From: Somniosus microcephalus
Taxonomy: Eukaryota
NCBI GenBank assembly: GCA_052327205.1
Contig: CM126223.1
Span: 69,936,001 to 70,000,000, forward strand
DNA: 64,000 nucleotides
Reading direction: 5' to 3'
The position numbers and the translations under genes are program-made. Below the pieces are notes generated by a model, which saw only the letters and a program-made list of their open reading frames with translations, ran no database searches and was not told the origin of the DNA. How positions within the stretch are numbered: position 1 is the first letter of the stretch; each line of letters starts with the position of its first letter. This document shows positions 1 to 12,241 of the stretch, piece after piece.

Positions 1-454
1 TATTTGGGATTGGGCTCATAGTAATGGGGATCCCATTTGTAAATGGAATCCCCATAAGCAGATGAGGAGTCCTCCTTTCTGATTGGAGGACCTGGCCCAT
101 GTGATCCCAGGAATGTTTCCGAACCGCCAGGCGTACTCCAGAAGTGCGCCTCCGGCCGCAACTTCCGACCCGTTATGAAATCAAGTGCTGAGTTTATTGC
201 ACATTAAAAACAATAAATTACTAATAAACTAAAAATTATAAATGATTTAACCATGCACCCAAAAGAAAACCAACCAAAAAAAGACTTTGAGAACACCAGA
301 GGACTAATATTTAGAGAATTGCCACCCATTCCCTTATCAAACCTTAACTCTGCATTTTATGCAATAGGGCTGTATTTTCCACCCACTGACTATGAATAGG
401 TAGAAGCTAGATTATGTTCTGCATTCCCACCACTCTCACTGCCTTACTTTGTGT

Positions 455-575
455 TTTTTTTTTATTCGTTTATGGGATCAGGGCGTCGCTGGAAAGGCCA
501 GCATTTATTGCCCATCCCTAGCTGCCCTTGAGAAGTTGGCGGTGAGCCACCTTCTTGAACCGCTGCAGTCCGTGT
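455..575 (-). mobile_element. 3' tail of the non-LTR LINE family also seen at 8113 and 25420
   Basis: Reverse complement of ...GGTTCAAGAAGGTGGCTCACC...GGGATGGGCAATAAATGCTGGCC tail. Confidence 0.8.
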
Positions 576-599
576 TCTGTTGTTATTTTGTCACATCAG

Positions 600-870
600 T
601 TCAATGGAAGAAATAAACCATGCCAAGGGTCAGAGTCTCTGAAAACTTTCTGAATGCCACGTGCCCACTCGCAACGAATGTGCAGCAGAGCCAGACCAGT
701 CAGCCAGTCTTCACTCATAAAGTTCCTTTGTACTTCTGTCTTGAAGGCTTCATGGGAGACTAGGTCAACTGTGTAGGTATCCCACAGAGAATACACCAGT
801 TCATCACTTTGGAAAAGGTGGACTTTATTTGGATTGAGGTTCTGAACAAGAAAGCTGTAACGGCATTCCA
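600..870 (-). mobile_element. Decayed hAT transposase C-terminal (dimerisation) fragment
   Basis: QRNFMSEDWLTGLALLHIRCE resembles the hAT/THAP12-type LRSTMxxxRLxGLALLHIH motif. Confidence 0.55.
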
Positions 871-1299
871 TTAGTTGGTCCTATTACCACATGGTTCAAA
901 ATGGGATGAAGACCGTCATCCTGTAGGATTCTGCTGGGTTAGCTGGAGTGAGGTTGCTGTGATGCATTTGTCTTCTAAATGCTCCTGGCACAGATTTATT
1001 TTTGATGATTGTAGACTCTTCCCATGGTGTTACTTCTGCATATATTGTAGGCAGTCTGGCACTAGGTCCTCTGGCTGGCTTCTGAGAGCTTGGATAATAA
1101 CTGTTGCTTCAGACAACAGAATCAAGTCAGCATCCACGTGATGTTGGAGTTTCATCATAATTTTTGCAGCTCTGAAACACTTTTCTTTTGCCATTCTGCC
1201 TATACGGACCTGGGCTTGCTTCTCACTACAGACCACCAGCTGATTTTCACCACCCTCCCTCCCAAACCCCTTTACCCACAGTGAGGGCTTCTCAAGATC

Positions 1300-2000
1300 A
1301 GGTATGGCATTCCCTATGGGTATCATCATGGAGAAGGAGCACAGGTCAGATTGCATTTATGAAGGATGGACACCACCAAATATTACCAGACTACACCCCC
1401 CTCCCCCCCCCAACCATAGAATATACAGGAAACACAAGGTGATAGGAAGGCCTCACTCAGGAGATGTGTATAAGAAGAGTGCACTTCACTAAAGAGGCAA
1501 TAGGACAGCGCTGCATGTTACCTACTGCACGAGGACCTTCAGAAATGCTCATCTGCTCGCATTGCTTTCTCTGTGGCTTTGTAGGTGACCATCGTATTCA
1601 ATTTTTATAGTGCTGTCTCATTTCAGGTAGACACCGGTGATCTCTGTAATATCAGCCAGGCTGCAGTAGGGGACGTACTTTAGAGAAGCTGCAAATTCAT
1701 CACCTTTGACATCATAGCAAGCACAGCGAGATAGGTTCATCCAATTTTATAGACTTGCTGGCTTTCCCGAAGTCCAGGGTGCAATCAGCGGTCAGCAGTG
1801 AGAAGCAAGTCCATGTTACTTTACATGTTCCCACAGAACACCCCCTCAGCAGAAAGGGCTCCCACTCCCCCCAGTGACAACATGCAGAGGATTCAACACA
1901 TCAACGCCAAATATACTGGCTCCCCTTCAACTCTGCAGGGAAGAAATTCATATCAACGGGCAGCTTCTGGGTGACGACTCCTACCCCTTGTTCCCACGGG
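1300..2000 (+). mobile_element. Decayed PIF/Harbinger (HARBI1-like) transposase
   Basis: Fragments LSVAL*VTIVFNFYSAVSFQVDTGDLCNISQAA (about 1565-1665), AGFPEVQGAI (about 1757-1786) and LLGDDSYPL (about 1964-1990), with stops and deletions. Confidence 0.72.
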
Positions 2001-2154
2001 TAATGGGGGGTGATTTTAACCCTACCCGCCACCTTCCTCCAGGTGGCACAAGTGATATTTACGGGAGGTTTTCTGTTACACACACCCAGCGGTCTGTGTC
2101 TCCTGATGTCAATTTTCTCAAGGGGGGCTTGCAAGTCTGAGTCTGTAAAATTAT

Positions 2155-3605
2155 GGGCCCGGATTTTGTGGTGGTAATGACAGCAAAACTGTCAGCATCG
2201 ATGTTATTACCCCCTCTGAAACTGACCGCAACTTCAGGATTTAGCGCATACGCAGACAAACGCAGAAATCCATAAGTTGTGGTCAGTCATTCCCTGCTCC
2301 TCCATAGGTTGCGCTGTGGAACTCCGGCAATAAATTCAAATCACACTGAAGGACTAAAACTGCCACTATTATGTTGGAATATCACTGTTAACCTCTGACA
2401 TGAATCAGTCATTCATGAAAGACTTATGAAATAATACTGAGCGGCCTATGGGTGGTGCTGTCCAGGGAGAGTATAATTTCTCGGGCACAGGCCCAGCTTG
2501 CGTAGGACATTCTTAACAGGAACTAGTGAAGGACACAACTAGACCTCCATGTTGTAAAACAGTTGATTAAAGCTTTGTTTAACGCTTAGACTAAGTGCCT
2601 AGTAGTTTTCTTACGTCAACCCCCCCCCCCCCGAAAAAGGTAAGCCTTGTTGAAAGAGGTGTAACTGGGTTTTTAAACAGCATATTGACTGCTGAACAAC
2701 CATTCTGTCCCTGCAAAACAAATTGTATATTTGTGGAATGTCAATTTTTCCATTAATATGATTACATGGTTTTTAAAATAGTTTATTTTAAGTTTGTTTA
2801 TGATAATTCAGCTTTTACCTTAAACCTCTGTGTATGTCCCAATCTTTATTTCGCTCTCTGTAAAATTTATTTAAAAATAAATTATAATCTGTGCATTTTA
2901 CTTCCTGGTTTGCTGTCTGTGAGAATTCTTCAATGTGATTGGCTGTTTAGCCTGCTTGATACCTGGGATGGCAGGAATGACGTATGAGGAGAGATTGGGT
3001 CGATTGGGCTTATACTCGCTGGAGTTTAGAAGAATGAGAGGGGATCTCATTGAAACTTATAAAATTCTAACAGGACTAGACAGACTAGATGCAGGAAGGA
3101 TGTTCCCGATGGCGGGGAGTCCAGAACCAGGGGTCACAGTCTAAAGATAAGGGGTAAGCCATTTAGGACAGAGATGAGGAGGAATTTCTTCACCCAGAGA
3201 GTGGTGAACCTGTGGAATTCTCTACCACAGAAGGCAGTTGAGGCCAATTCATTAAATATATTCAAGAAGGAGTTAGATATATTTCTTAAGGCTAAAGGGA
3301 TCAAGGGGTATGGGGAGAAGACAGGGACAGGGTACTGAGTTTGGATGATCAGCCATGATCTCATTGAATGGCGGAGCAGGCTCGAGGGGCCGAATGGCCT
3401 ACTCCTGCTCCTATCTTCTATGTTTCTATGTTTGATGACATCACTGTTGCTGGTCGCTGGAGATTCACTTGATTTGGCGCCAGATTCAAACTCAGGTCGG
3501 GAGAGCTGAAATTCATGCCACAGAGATCGCTAGATCTTTGTGGGCAGCTTTCTTCGAGGTCAGTGGCAAGTGTGTCACGTCATCACTGACCGCAAATTCC
3601 AGGCC
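2155..3605. mobile_element. Non-autonomous Harbinger-type element interrupted by a CR1 fragment
   Basis: Imperfect TIRs GGGCCCGGATTTTGTGGTGGTAATGAC ... GTCATCACTGACCGCAAATTCCAGGCC. Confidence 0.6.
2961..3432 (+). mobile_element. CR1 LINE 3' fragment
   Basis: YEERLGRLGLYSLEFRRMRGDLIETYKIL (CR1 ORF2 C-terminus) followed by the conserved 3' tail ending in TTCTATGT repeats. Confidence 0.9.
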
Positions 3606-3894
3606 ATTGTCTCTTCTGTGCCTGGGTGCCATACTCTGCTGGCCTTGTTTTGCTGTGTTTGCTAGCTGCACCTGTAGTGGGCATTATTGAAAAGTATCAG
3701 AAAAAAACTGATGAGACAGACTGTGAAGTTAGCAGAGAGTCAACTGAGCAAGCCAAACACTCCTTCCTCCCTACACTGCTCTTTCCTCAATCTGCTGCTG
3801 CTGCCGTGTTCGGCCCAAACTGTCTTTTGAAAGGCTACTTGTGAATTTCCACATATCCCAGCTGATTGCACTCGTTTTACACAGAATTTACCCC

Positions 3895-4316
3895 AAGGAG
3901 CAGGAGTAGGCCATTTCTCCCTTCGAGCCTGCTTCGCCATTCAATAAGGTCACGGTTGGTCTTCTACCTCATCTCCACTTTCCTGCACTCTCCCCATATC
4001 CCTTGATTCCCTGAATATCCAAAAATCTATCGATCGCGGTCTTGAATATGCTCAACGACTGAGCCTCCACAGCCCTCAGAGGCAGAGAATTCCAAAGATT
4101 CACCACCCTCTGAGTGAAGAAATTTCTCATCTCAGTCCTAAATGGCCGACCCCTTATTCTGAGACTGTGACCCTGGTTCTAGACTCCCCAGCCAGGGGAA
4201 ACATCCTCCCTGCATCTACCCTGTCAAGCCCTGTAAGAATCTTGTATGTTTCAATGAGATCACCTCTGGTTCTTCGAAACTCTAGAGAATATAGGACTAG
4301 TCTACTCAATCTCTCA
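3895..4316 (-). mobile_element. CR1 LINE 3' fragment
   Basis: Reverse complement of the same ORF2 end and tail as 2961-3432. Confidence 0.85.
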
Positions 4317-6164
4317 TGCAAATGAAGTGACCCAAGAAATGCATATAAATACCTGTCCAGACCACTGCAAGTCTAAATGTTTTTCGATTGACGTAAAATC
4401 AGTGCAACTCACAAGGAAATCCCTCACACACACAGTGTCAATCCCAGTCAGGACTTCACATGACTGCAGAACTAAGTCGAGTGAGACTCCAGAGGAAGGA
4501 AGTTGCTTCTCATGGAATGCAAATCCCATTGTCGTGTAAATGCACCCTGAGTGCGCCCTTTAGAGCCCTCTTTTTGAATAGTTTCAGCAACACCTATCTC
4601 CGCAGTAAAGCCCGTGCCTTTCTGAAAGCACATCATGTCAGCTGTTCACAGGAGTGACCGCCAGTAACCCCTCGCTTTAGCGCCACCCCCATTGTGCCAA
4701 CACTGAATGGCAGTCTAGAGCTCAGTGACCGATAGTTACCCCGCATTGCAAACTCTGTAGCCAAGTTCCAGATAATCCTCGTAGCCCTGCTTATAGATAT
4801 CTTGTAAGGACACAACCTGGAATTTTAGTACGTTGTTAATTTATCTCGAAATTTTAAAAAGAAATATACAACTTATATGGGGGGGGGGGCAATATTTTAA
4901 CAATAAAGGGACTTTAGTCCATACATTTCTCGTCTGCAGAAAATGTTTGAAAAATTCTCATTCCGGATGCATCACTTCGAAATGAAATGAGAGAAACATT
5001 GATCCGCTCTTCGCAATGCACAGAACTCTACAACTTTTCACATGATGGGATATTCGGATTATTTTACATTAAAAAATCCAGTGAACTGCAGATCATTCGG
5101 GGAAAAAATACCTCCTTAATAGGGAGAACAACGAAATCAAAAGCGATTTTATACATAAGCAGCCGCTGAACAAAATAATAAGACTTTTAATAAGGTAGAA
5201 ACATCTGTGTATGAATTTGAAACGGATACATTACTACCTCTGTATATTTTTTCTGGCACTATATAAAAGGATTGTTTAGCTTTCAAGTGAATATAAAAGG
5301 TAGCCACTTCGGTACAGCATCTTGTGTGGCTTTCAAGCTGTCTTTTTGTAGGCTGCACTGCTGATTAGCATACTCTCCATCAGGAGGTTCAGGCGCCTGC
5401 TCGGGAATTAGGTCAGACTCACACTCCCTTCAAAACTCGATATTGCATTCGATTTGTTGCCCTGAGGGAGGGTACAGCATCGCCTGTTCCCTCGTATGAT
5501 TTTACATCAGTTGGGTTGGTCCTTTCATCACTGTGGGACATTCAACTTTACGAATCCTTCCTATAGGCTGTTAACCAAAACAAAGGGAGCCGGGGGAAAG
5601 TCAGTGGAATGGCTAAGCACGTTTCTCAGAGTCTCAGACTCTCTTACTGAAGGGAAACTTTGTTTTCACTTTTCACAAGGAGTTTGGCACCGGCTCTGTT
5701 TGTTAAAAGAATAGCATAGGTTGTGGGGTGGGGGCACTTTTAGAATTGATTAAGATTAAATGTTTAGAAATGACTTACTAATGAAATTATTTGTATAATT
5801 TTGGAACCCCTAGAAACGAATGACTGCAAACTTAACAGGCAATGGAGTCACTTTGCACAGATCTTACCACAAGCTTGTCTATTTTCACAAGCCTCTACCC
5901 AATTATGTCAAAATGATCAATAGTGACAATCTAAGTAAGGCAATATAATGTTCAAAGCAGTTAAACACGAAAGCACTGGTACGCTCGTATTAATAGCACA
6001 GAAGAGGTTCTGGAGGTAGAGGCAGCTTTCTGAAAGTGATCTCGACACGCTGTTATGGGGTTCATTTAGGCTGCAAATTTACCATCCCTGGGAAGAGAAA
6101 AATCACTTTGCAGCAATATTAAAGTTGCTGTACAAATCCTGAGTTGGACTTCGAGATTCTAGAA

Positions 6165-6465
6165 AGACTTGCATTTATATAGCACCTTTCACGACCTCAG
6201 GATGTGCCCAAAGTGCTTTACAGCCAATTAAGTACTTTTGATATGTTATAATGTAGGAAATGTGGCAGCCAATCTGCGCACAGCAAGGTCCCACAAACAG
6301 CAGCGTGATAATGACCAGATAATCCGTTTTAGTGACGTTGATTGAGGGATAAACATTGGCCAGGACATCAGGGAGAACCCTGCTGCTCTTCGCCATAGTG
6401 CCATGGGATCTTTTACATCCACCTGAGAGCACAGACGGGGCCTCGGTTTAACATCTCATCCGAAA
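6165..6465 (-). mobile_element. DeuSINE (SacSINE1-like), partial
   Basis: Reverse complement of the central and 3' part of the copy at 12242-12705. Confidence 0.8.
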
Positions 6466-7574
6466 AAGCGGGGAACAGTCCTGTGAGACTTTTTTGCAGG
6501 TCTCACATCATGTCAGTGTGACATTGCATGGCGTACTGTCTGACTACCTGGCTGGAGCCAGTATTATGGCTACCGGTCTCCAACCAGTAGAAGCAGCATA
6601 AATGCACCAGAAGTGTGATGTGAATCCCTTTACCATATGATGAGTTCCCAAACTGGGCCAGGCTGTAAGGACTAGAATCCAAGGAAGTGCTATAACCTAC
6701 AAGGCTACAAAACAAGAGCTGGAAAGTGGGATTAGGCAGGAGAGCTCTTTTTCGGCCAGCACAGACACGATGGGCCGAATGGCCTCCTTCTGTGTTGTGA
6801 TTTTCTATGATTCTATGAAGCCACATCTACCCCAGACGCAGGAAAAAGCAGGATTAAAGGGTTAAAGGCAGCAGAACATTGGTTCTGAGGGCCATTGGAA
6901 GAATGCTAGGAGTAGGTTGCTTTCTACACATCCTTTGGGTGTGGTGCGCGGCGGAGACCATGGGTATAGCCAGACACACCCACTGTACACAAATCTACAC
7001 ACGCTTTATCCACTGGGGCAACACTGGGTGAAGTCACAACACACCCACAGGATCTGGCCGGAAGAGTGCAGCCACTCGCTGCTTGATGATCTTCTCACTG
7101 CTGATCTGAGCTGCAGCTTTATTGTAGGACCAGACTGTACTGCAGGCTTCAAGGGGAAATTGCTGGCCTCGCTACGCATCAGGAAGGTTCATCCACTGCT
7201 CAGAGAGGGCTCCTCTGCAGCAAAGCAGTAGTAAGAGCCGCAGATGGGACCAGCAGTGTGAAAGACACTAAGGATGGAAAGTGCTTTTGTGAAACGGGAG
7301 CATCCTGGAGAGGGAAAATAGCTGTGTGAATTGGGGGTGAAAAGTGCCTTTATGAAGGGTGGGAGGGGGGCTTAAAGAAAGACTTGCATTTAAATAGCAC
7401 CATTCCATCCTCAGGGTATCCCTAAACACTACACAGCCAGAGAATTCCCTGGGAATACCATGGGAATCCTATATACCCATTTGAACAGGAAGACAAGGCC
7501 TTGGTTTAGCATCTCACCTGAGCGGCAGCATCAGTGCTGCACTGAAGCATCAAATGAGATTATACGGAGTGGGA

Positions 7575-8110
7575 TATAGGAACATAGGAACAGGAGTAGG
7601 CCATTGAGCCCCTTGAGCCAGTTCCACCATTCAATGAGATCATGGCTGATCGGTAAGCTAACTCCATATACCCGCTGACGTAATAAAGACTCACTGCGCA
7701 CTTGGTTGTACATAAAGCAAGGCTTTAATCGACTTGTAACAAAACATGGAGGTCTAGTTAGTAGTCACTAGCTTCCTGTTTCCAGACTGTCTCTGGCCAA
7801 GGTGGGCCCACGCCTGAGTATTTATACTCCTCGGGTGGCGCCCTCAGCTGGCCATTCAGTAGTACTTCTTGTAGAAGTTGCGATTTATGACACCCCCCTT
7901 TGGCCCATATCCCTTAATACATTTGGTTAACAAAAATCTATTAATCTCAGATTTAAAATTAACAATTGACCTAGCATCAATTGCCATTTGCAAAAGTGAG
8001 TTCCAAACTTCTACCAGCTTTTGCATGTAGAAGTGTTCCCATACTTCATTCCTGAAAGGCCTGTCTCTAATTTTTAGACTATGTCCACTAGTCCTAGAGT
8101 CCCCACCCAG
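7575..8110 (-). mobile_element. CR1 LINE 3' fragment (host of the solo LTR)
   Basis: CR1 tail AGGAGTAGGCCATT...CCATTCAATGAGATCATGGCTGATC, and SRTSGHSLKIR...VEVWNSL ORF2 end. Confidence 0.8.
7676..7892 (-). mobile_element. Solo LTR (217 bp) inserted into a CR1 3' tail
   Basis: TG...CA ends; imperfect terminal inverted repeat (TGACGTAA / TTATGACA); flanks CCCGC / CCCCC; minus-strand TATAAATA and ATTAAA; splits a contiguous CR1 tail. Confidence 0.72.
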
Positions 8111-8112
8111 CA

Positions 8113-8670
8113 GATAGGCCTTTCCACCATCTACAACGCACAAGTAAAGAGTGTGATGGAATACTCTCCGCTTGCCTGGATGAGTGCAGCTTCAACAACA
8201 CTCAGGAAGCTCAACACCAGCCAGGACAAAGCACCCGGCTTGATCGGCACCACATCCATCACCTTAAACACTAACTGCCTCCACCATTGGCGCACCGTGG
8301 CTGCAGTGTACGCCATCTACAAGACGCACTGCAGCAACTCGCCAAGGCTTCTTCAGCAGCACCTCCCAAACCTGCGACCTCTTCCACCTAGAAGGACAAG
8401 GGCAGCAGGCGCATGGGAACACCACCACCTCCAAGTTCCCCTCCAAGTCACACACTATCCTGACTTGGAAATATATCACCGATCCTTCATCGTCGCTGGG
8501 TCAAAATCCTGGAACTCCCTCCCTAACAGCACTGTGGGAGCACCTTCACCACACGGACTGCAACGGTTCAAGAAGGCGGCTCACCACCACCTTCTCAAGG
8601 GCAATTAGGGATGGGCAATAAATGCTGGCCTTGCCAGCGATGCCCACATCCCATGAATGAATTTTTAAAA
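8113..8670 (+). mobile_element. Non-LTR LINE 3' fragment (CR1/L2/Crack group)
   Basis: YNAQVKSVMEYSPLAW...WNSLPNS...FKKAAHHHLLKGN* RT C-terminus, then a TGAA-repeat/A tail. Confidence 0.85.
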
Positions 8671-9199
8671 ATGAAGTGTTGGGGGGGGTTACCTCAATGA
8701 AGAGGAGTCATTATTCGGGTAGATTTGGGGGAAATGATGCCCTGGTTGGTCTGTTGAATATGGATCATTTTAAATGTCACTTATTTTTCTTTTTTATAAG
8801 AGCACAAGCCTATCAATTGTCAAGTACAAAACGTGTTTCAGCTTAACCAAATGTAGCATATTAATGTCAATTCCATTTTTTCCCAGAACAGCATGTTCCG
8901 CAGACTCTGTACTGTCTGATATACACAGCGTCCTTTTGTTTCTCAGGTTTGATAGTGAACTGAGTAAAGTACATAATTATACTAATTTATAAAGAAAATA
9001 CATTAGCGTGGCTGTACTTGTGATGTGATTGGATTATTAAAAGCTCAATAGATTTGACGTGTCATTTTGTCAAATCCAAATTAAGTCCAGCCCTTAACAA
9101 GACTTTAAGCAGATGCCAAACACCCATTAAACGAAAAACAGGTTTTACAAGTTTGAATGTAAACTAAGTCACTTTTGTTCCCACGGCAGAACATTCTCT

Positions 9200-10100
9200 C
9201 GGGTGTATCTTTTCCCGGGGGGGGCGCGGGGGGAGAAACCAAAGAAAAAAGAAATCAGAAACCAAGAATGCTTCGTTCAAAAGGCGCTCGATAAATCCCA
9301 GAGAAAGCTGAAGCTGATCGGTCCCTTAAACATCATCCGATCTCTGATCGCCAAGGAAATCACTCCACAGCACTCCTCCCTTCCACCAAATAAAAAAAAT
9401 GCTGAGACTCGGCGACTTTAAAAGGGGTTCTGCGAGGTAACTCGCGGTCAGACTCGCCCGAGCAGATGGAGCTCTGGCTTGTGGCGACCCTTCAGGCGCT
9501 GTCAGTTTCCCAGTGGTGCTGAAAGTGACTCGGCAGCGATGTGGTCGCTCGTCTTGGCGCTGCTGTGGTCCTCGGATACAAACTTGGTCAACTGCGACCT
9601 GGGCGCTTGGCAGGGGACGGGCAGGGCTGGCGTTCACTACCTGGTGAACGGCACCTACTGTGCCAAGAGGTCCGGCGTCCTGGCCGGGGCAAAGCAACCG
9701 ATTTTGGCCCAGATTTCCGACGGCAGCGAGATGGTGCTGTCGGTGCTGGGGCGCAGTGGCCAGGTGCTGGGCTGCTCCGTCACAAGCGAACGGGACGCGG
9801 TCCAGTCCTTCATGCACGCCTGCCGGCTCAGGTCCAGCCAGCAGCCAGGCGGCGCTTTCACCCCGAGGACTGCCCTTAAAGAGCGCTGGCAGACGGAGAG
9901 AGGCGACTGCCAGTCGTTACTGCGCCAGAAAGGGGCTCCTCGCCAAGAAGATGTAGCTGCCGGCCGGCCCTCCCGGAACACCGGGCCGGGGGCTCGATCC
10001 CCCCGACAGACGATTCTTCGCAGGAGTAAGAGGGGCTTCACCTACCCCGGGACCCTGTGGTGCGGGGCTGGGAACAACGCCGACAGCTATGAGCATCTGG
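9200..10100. promoter_or_regulatory. CpG-rich promoter/first-exon island of the PROCA1-like gene
   Basis: Sharp rise in GC and CpG content relative to the AT-rich flanks, covering the start codon and exon 1. Confidence 0.6.
9539..10100 (+). CDS. PROCA1: Group III secreted phospholipase A2-like / PROCA1 orthologue, coding exon 1 (signal peptide, N-terminal prodomain, furin site, Ca2+-binding loop)
   Basis: ATG at 9539 begins hydrophobic MWSLVLALLWSS. The frame reads RRSKR|GFTYPGTLWCGAGN (bee-venom/group III PLA2 Ca2+ loop). GT donor at 10101, phase 1. Symbol inferred from tail-to-tail position next to SUPT6H. Confidence 0.88.
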
Positions 10101-10394
10101 GTAACTGGACAAAAAAAAACCCAAAACCGATTAATACTTTGCGGTTATGTTGTTTCATTTACAAGTTTTAATCTAGAACGGAACTACAAATAGTTTAATA
10201 GCAAAACGTAATTTGACAGAATTGAAAGAGTTAAACGCTCACTTTTAAAACAGTTTGCAAGGACAGAAGCGTTAGAGCGAAAAAAATAACATTAATAAGT
10301 CTCCAGCATAAAGTAGCCAGGGAGGCAACTCAATTACGTTTAAAATTCCGAGATCTTCTGCGCTCCTTTGGTTTGATTCCGCCCAGATTAAGAA

Positions 10395-10760
10395 CATAAG
10401 AAGATATTAGGAGCAGGAGTCGGCCATACCACCCCCGAGCCTGCTCCACCATTCAATGAGATCATGGCTGATCTTCAACCTCAACTCCACTTTCCCGCCC
10501 GATCCCCATATCCCTTGATTCCCCTAGAGTCCAAAAATCTATCCCAGCCTTGAATATACTCAACGATTCAGCATCCACAGCCCTCTGGGGCAGAGAATTC
10601 CAAAGATTCACAACTCTCTGAGTGAAGAAATTCCTCCTCATCTCAGTCTTAAAATATCCTGAGACTACGCCCCCTAGTTTTGGACTCTCCAGCCGGGGGG
10701 AAACAACTTCTCACCATCTACCCTGTCAGTCCCCCTCAGAATCTAATATGCTTCAATGAT
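10395..10760 (-). mobile_element. CR1 LINE 3' fragment in PROCA1 intron 1
   Basis: Same tail family as 3895-4316. Confidence 0.82.
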
Positions 10761-10931
10761 TAAGCTGTTATCTGGGCGGAAACTCCTATGTTTAAAACTA
10801 TTTTCAGAAAGTGTTGTCTGCAGGTCCCGCGGTGAGGCTGGTACCATTCGACCATCGTTAAGTTTCTTAATCACTTCTGATGAGCCGAAATACATTTTAA
10901 CAGGCGTGGAATTGTATCTTTTGTTTTCCAG

Positions 10932-11064
10932 GTGAGTTTTCAGAAACAGATAAATGCTGCCGGGAGCACGATCATTGCGCTCATGTGATCCACCCTTTCG
11001 CATATTCCTACGGTCACAGGAACTTCAGGCTGCACACACTGAGCCACTGCGACTGCGATGCTGA
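10932..11064 (+). CDS. PROCA1: PROCA1/PLA2G3-like coding exon 2 (catalytic His-Asp and HCDCD motifs)
   Basis: ttttccag acceptor. Translates [45 protein letters not shown]. Donor gtaggt at 11065. 133 nt, phase 1 to 2. Confidence 0.93.
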
Positions 11065-11479
11065 GTAGGTAGCGGCCATTCGGCCCCTCTGTGCTTCCCC
11101 CTGTCTGTTCATTGGGGAACTGGAACAACGTGTCATTGGGAGGGGTTTTAGTGGAGAAATAAGTGACTGTGACCCCAAAAACCTTTTGACAGGGAATTGT
11201 GGAAAAGAATGCAAAGGCAATCCATAGGGACTCTGGGGTGTTATCACAGCTCTTGTAGTTTGGGGGACGGGGTGTGTGTGTGATTAAACATTGGAGAAAT
11301 TATTTGCAGCTTGAAACAAATAATTAAAAAATATATAATCAAGGACTAAGTTAGAAGGGGAAACGGCAGGAGATAAAAATCAAGGAAACAGGTCAAGTGA
11401 CAAATTTGCAGATGTAAACCTGTAGATTTTCCTCTTTCTGTGCTCTCTCTCTCACTCTCCACCTGCCTTCTCCTCGCAG

Positions 11480-11614
11480 GTTAAAGCAGTGCTTAAGAAG
11501 AGTCAACGACACGTCTTCCCGGGTTGTGGGACAGGCATTCTTCAATGTGTTAGCAGTCTCCTGCTTTGACTTGGTCTACGAGGAGCACTGTATTGAACGG
11601 TATTGGTACGGCTG
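11480..11614 (+). CDS. PROCA1: PROCA1/PLA2G3-like coding exon 3
   Basis: Polypyrimidine tract plus cgcag acceptor. Translates LKQCLRRVNDTSSRVVGQAFFNVLAVSCFDLVYEEHCIERYWYGW. gtgagt donor at 11615. 135 nt, phase 2 to 2. Confidence 0.93.
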
Positions 11615-12241
11615 GTGAGTTCACTTTTAACAATGTTGTAAATGACGCAGGCGAGTCAATGCATAGGCTGCACACTGGAAATAGCTGGTACTTGGCTCTT
11701 TCGATTTAATGATTTCACATGACACATGGAGTCAACTTCAAAGTGATGGGCTGTCATTTCAAAGAATGTCTGTATTCAGTGTGACAGACATGAACATATT
11801 GCACAAAACCCTTGGTTTTGCAAACGCCTTTGATCTATTAAGGGTAATAGACCGCGAGCCAAGATTTTCTTTGTACCATATGTGTGATGAAATCATAACC
11901 CTTTTCTTTATAAATAGGCTTAAGATTTTGTTCCGCTATGGCACAGAAAAATTCTCCCCCATATAATCAATGCAAATCTGTTCATTTATTCTATAATTAC
12001 ATTAAGGTGTGATCCTTAAGAGTATGTACTCTTTTCTGTGCAACACGATTCATAATTAGACAACAACTTAGTTTAAGTTGGTATATAACAAACTATTACA
12101 CATATTCACACAGAATTAGACTTTGAGCATTTAGCTGTATGGAAACAATGAAAGCCCCATATTGTTGATGCTCATGGAAAATAGATAGCCCATATCAAAT
12201 CATTTAGTGGTTATTATGGGAAGAGTTTTGGGTAAAACAAT

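Noticed and set aside
6917-7231. 104-aa ORF in non-repetitive-looking DNA; possible 3' exon of an upstream gene such as RAB34
   Set aside because: No recognisable protein similarity or convincing splice context; no RAB34-like peptide found in 1-9400.
8081-8608. 175-aa ORF, and its 184-aa twin at 25490..26044, as host genes
   Set aside because: These are 3' ends of a LINE ORF2 followed by the LINE tail.
9479-9538. TTG start given by the ORF track
   Set aside because: Eukaryotic gene; the in-frame ATG at 9539 directly starts the signal peptide.
9326-10041. Overlapping ORFs 9326..9817(-), 9541..9879(+), 9655..10041(-), 9660..9956(+)
   Set aside because: Shadow frames of the GC-rich first exon with no recognisable domains.
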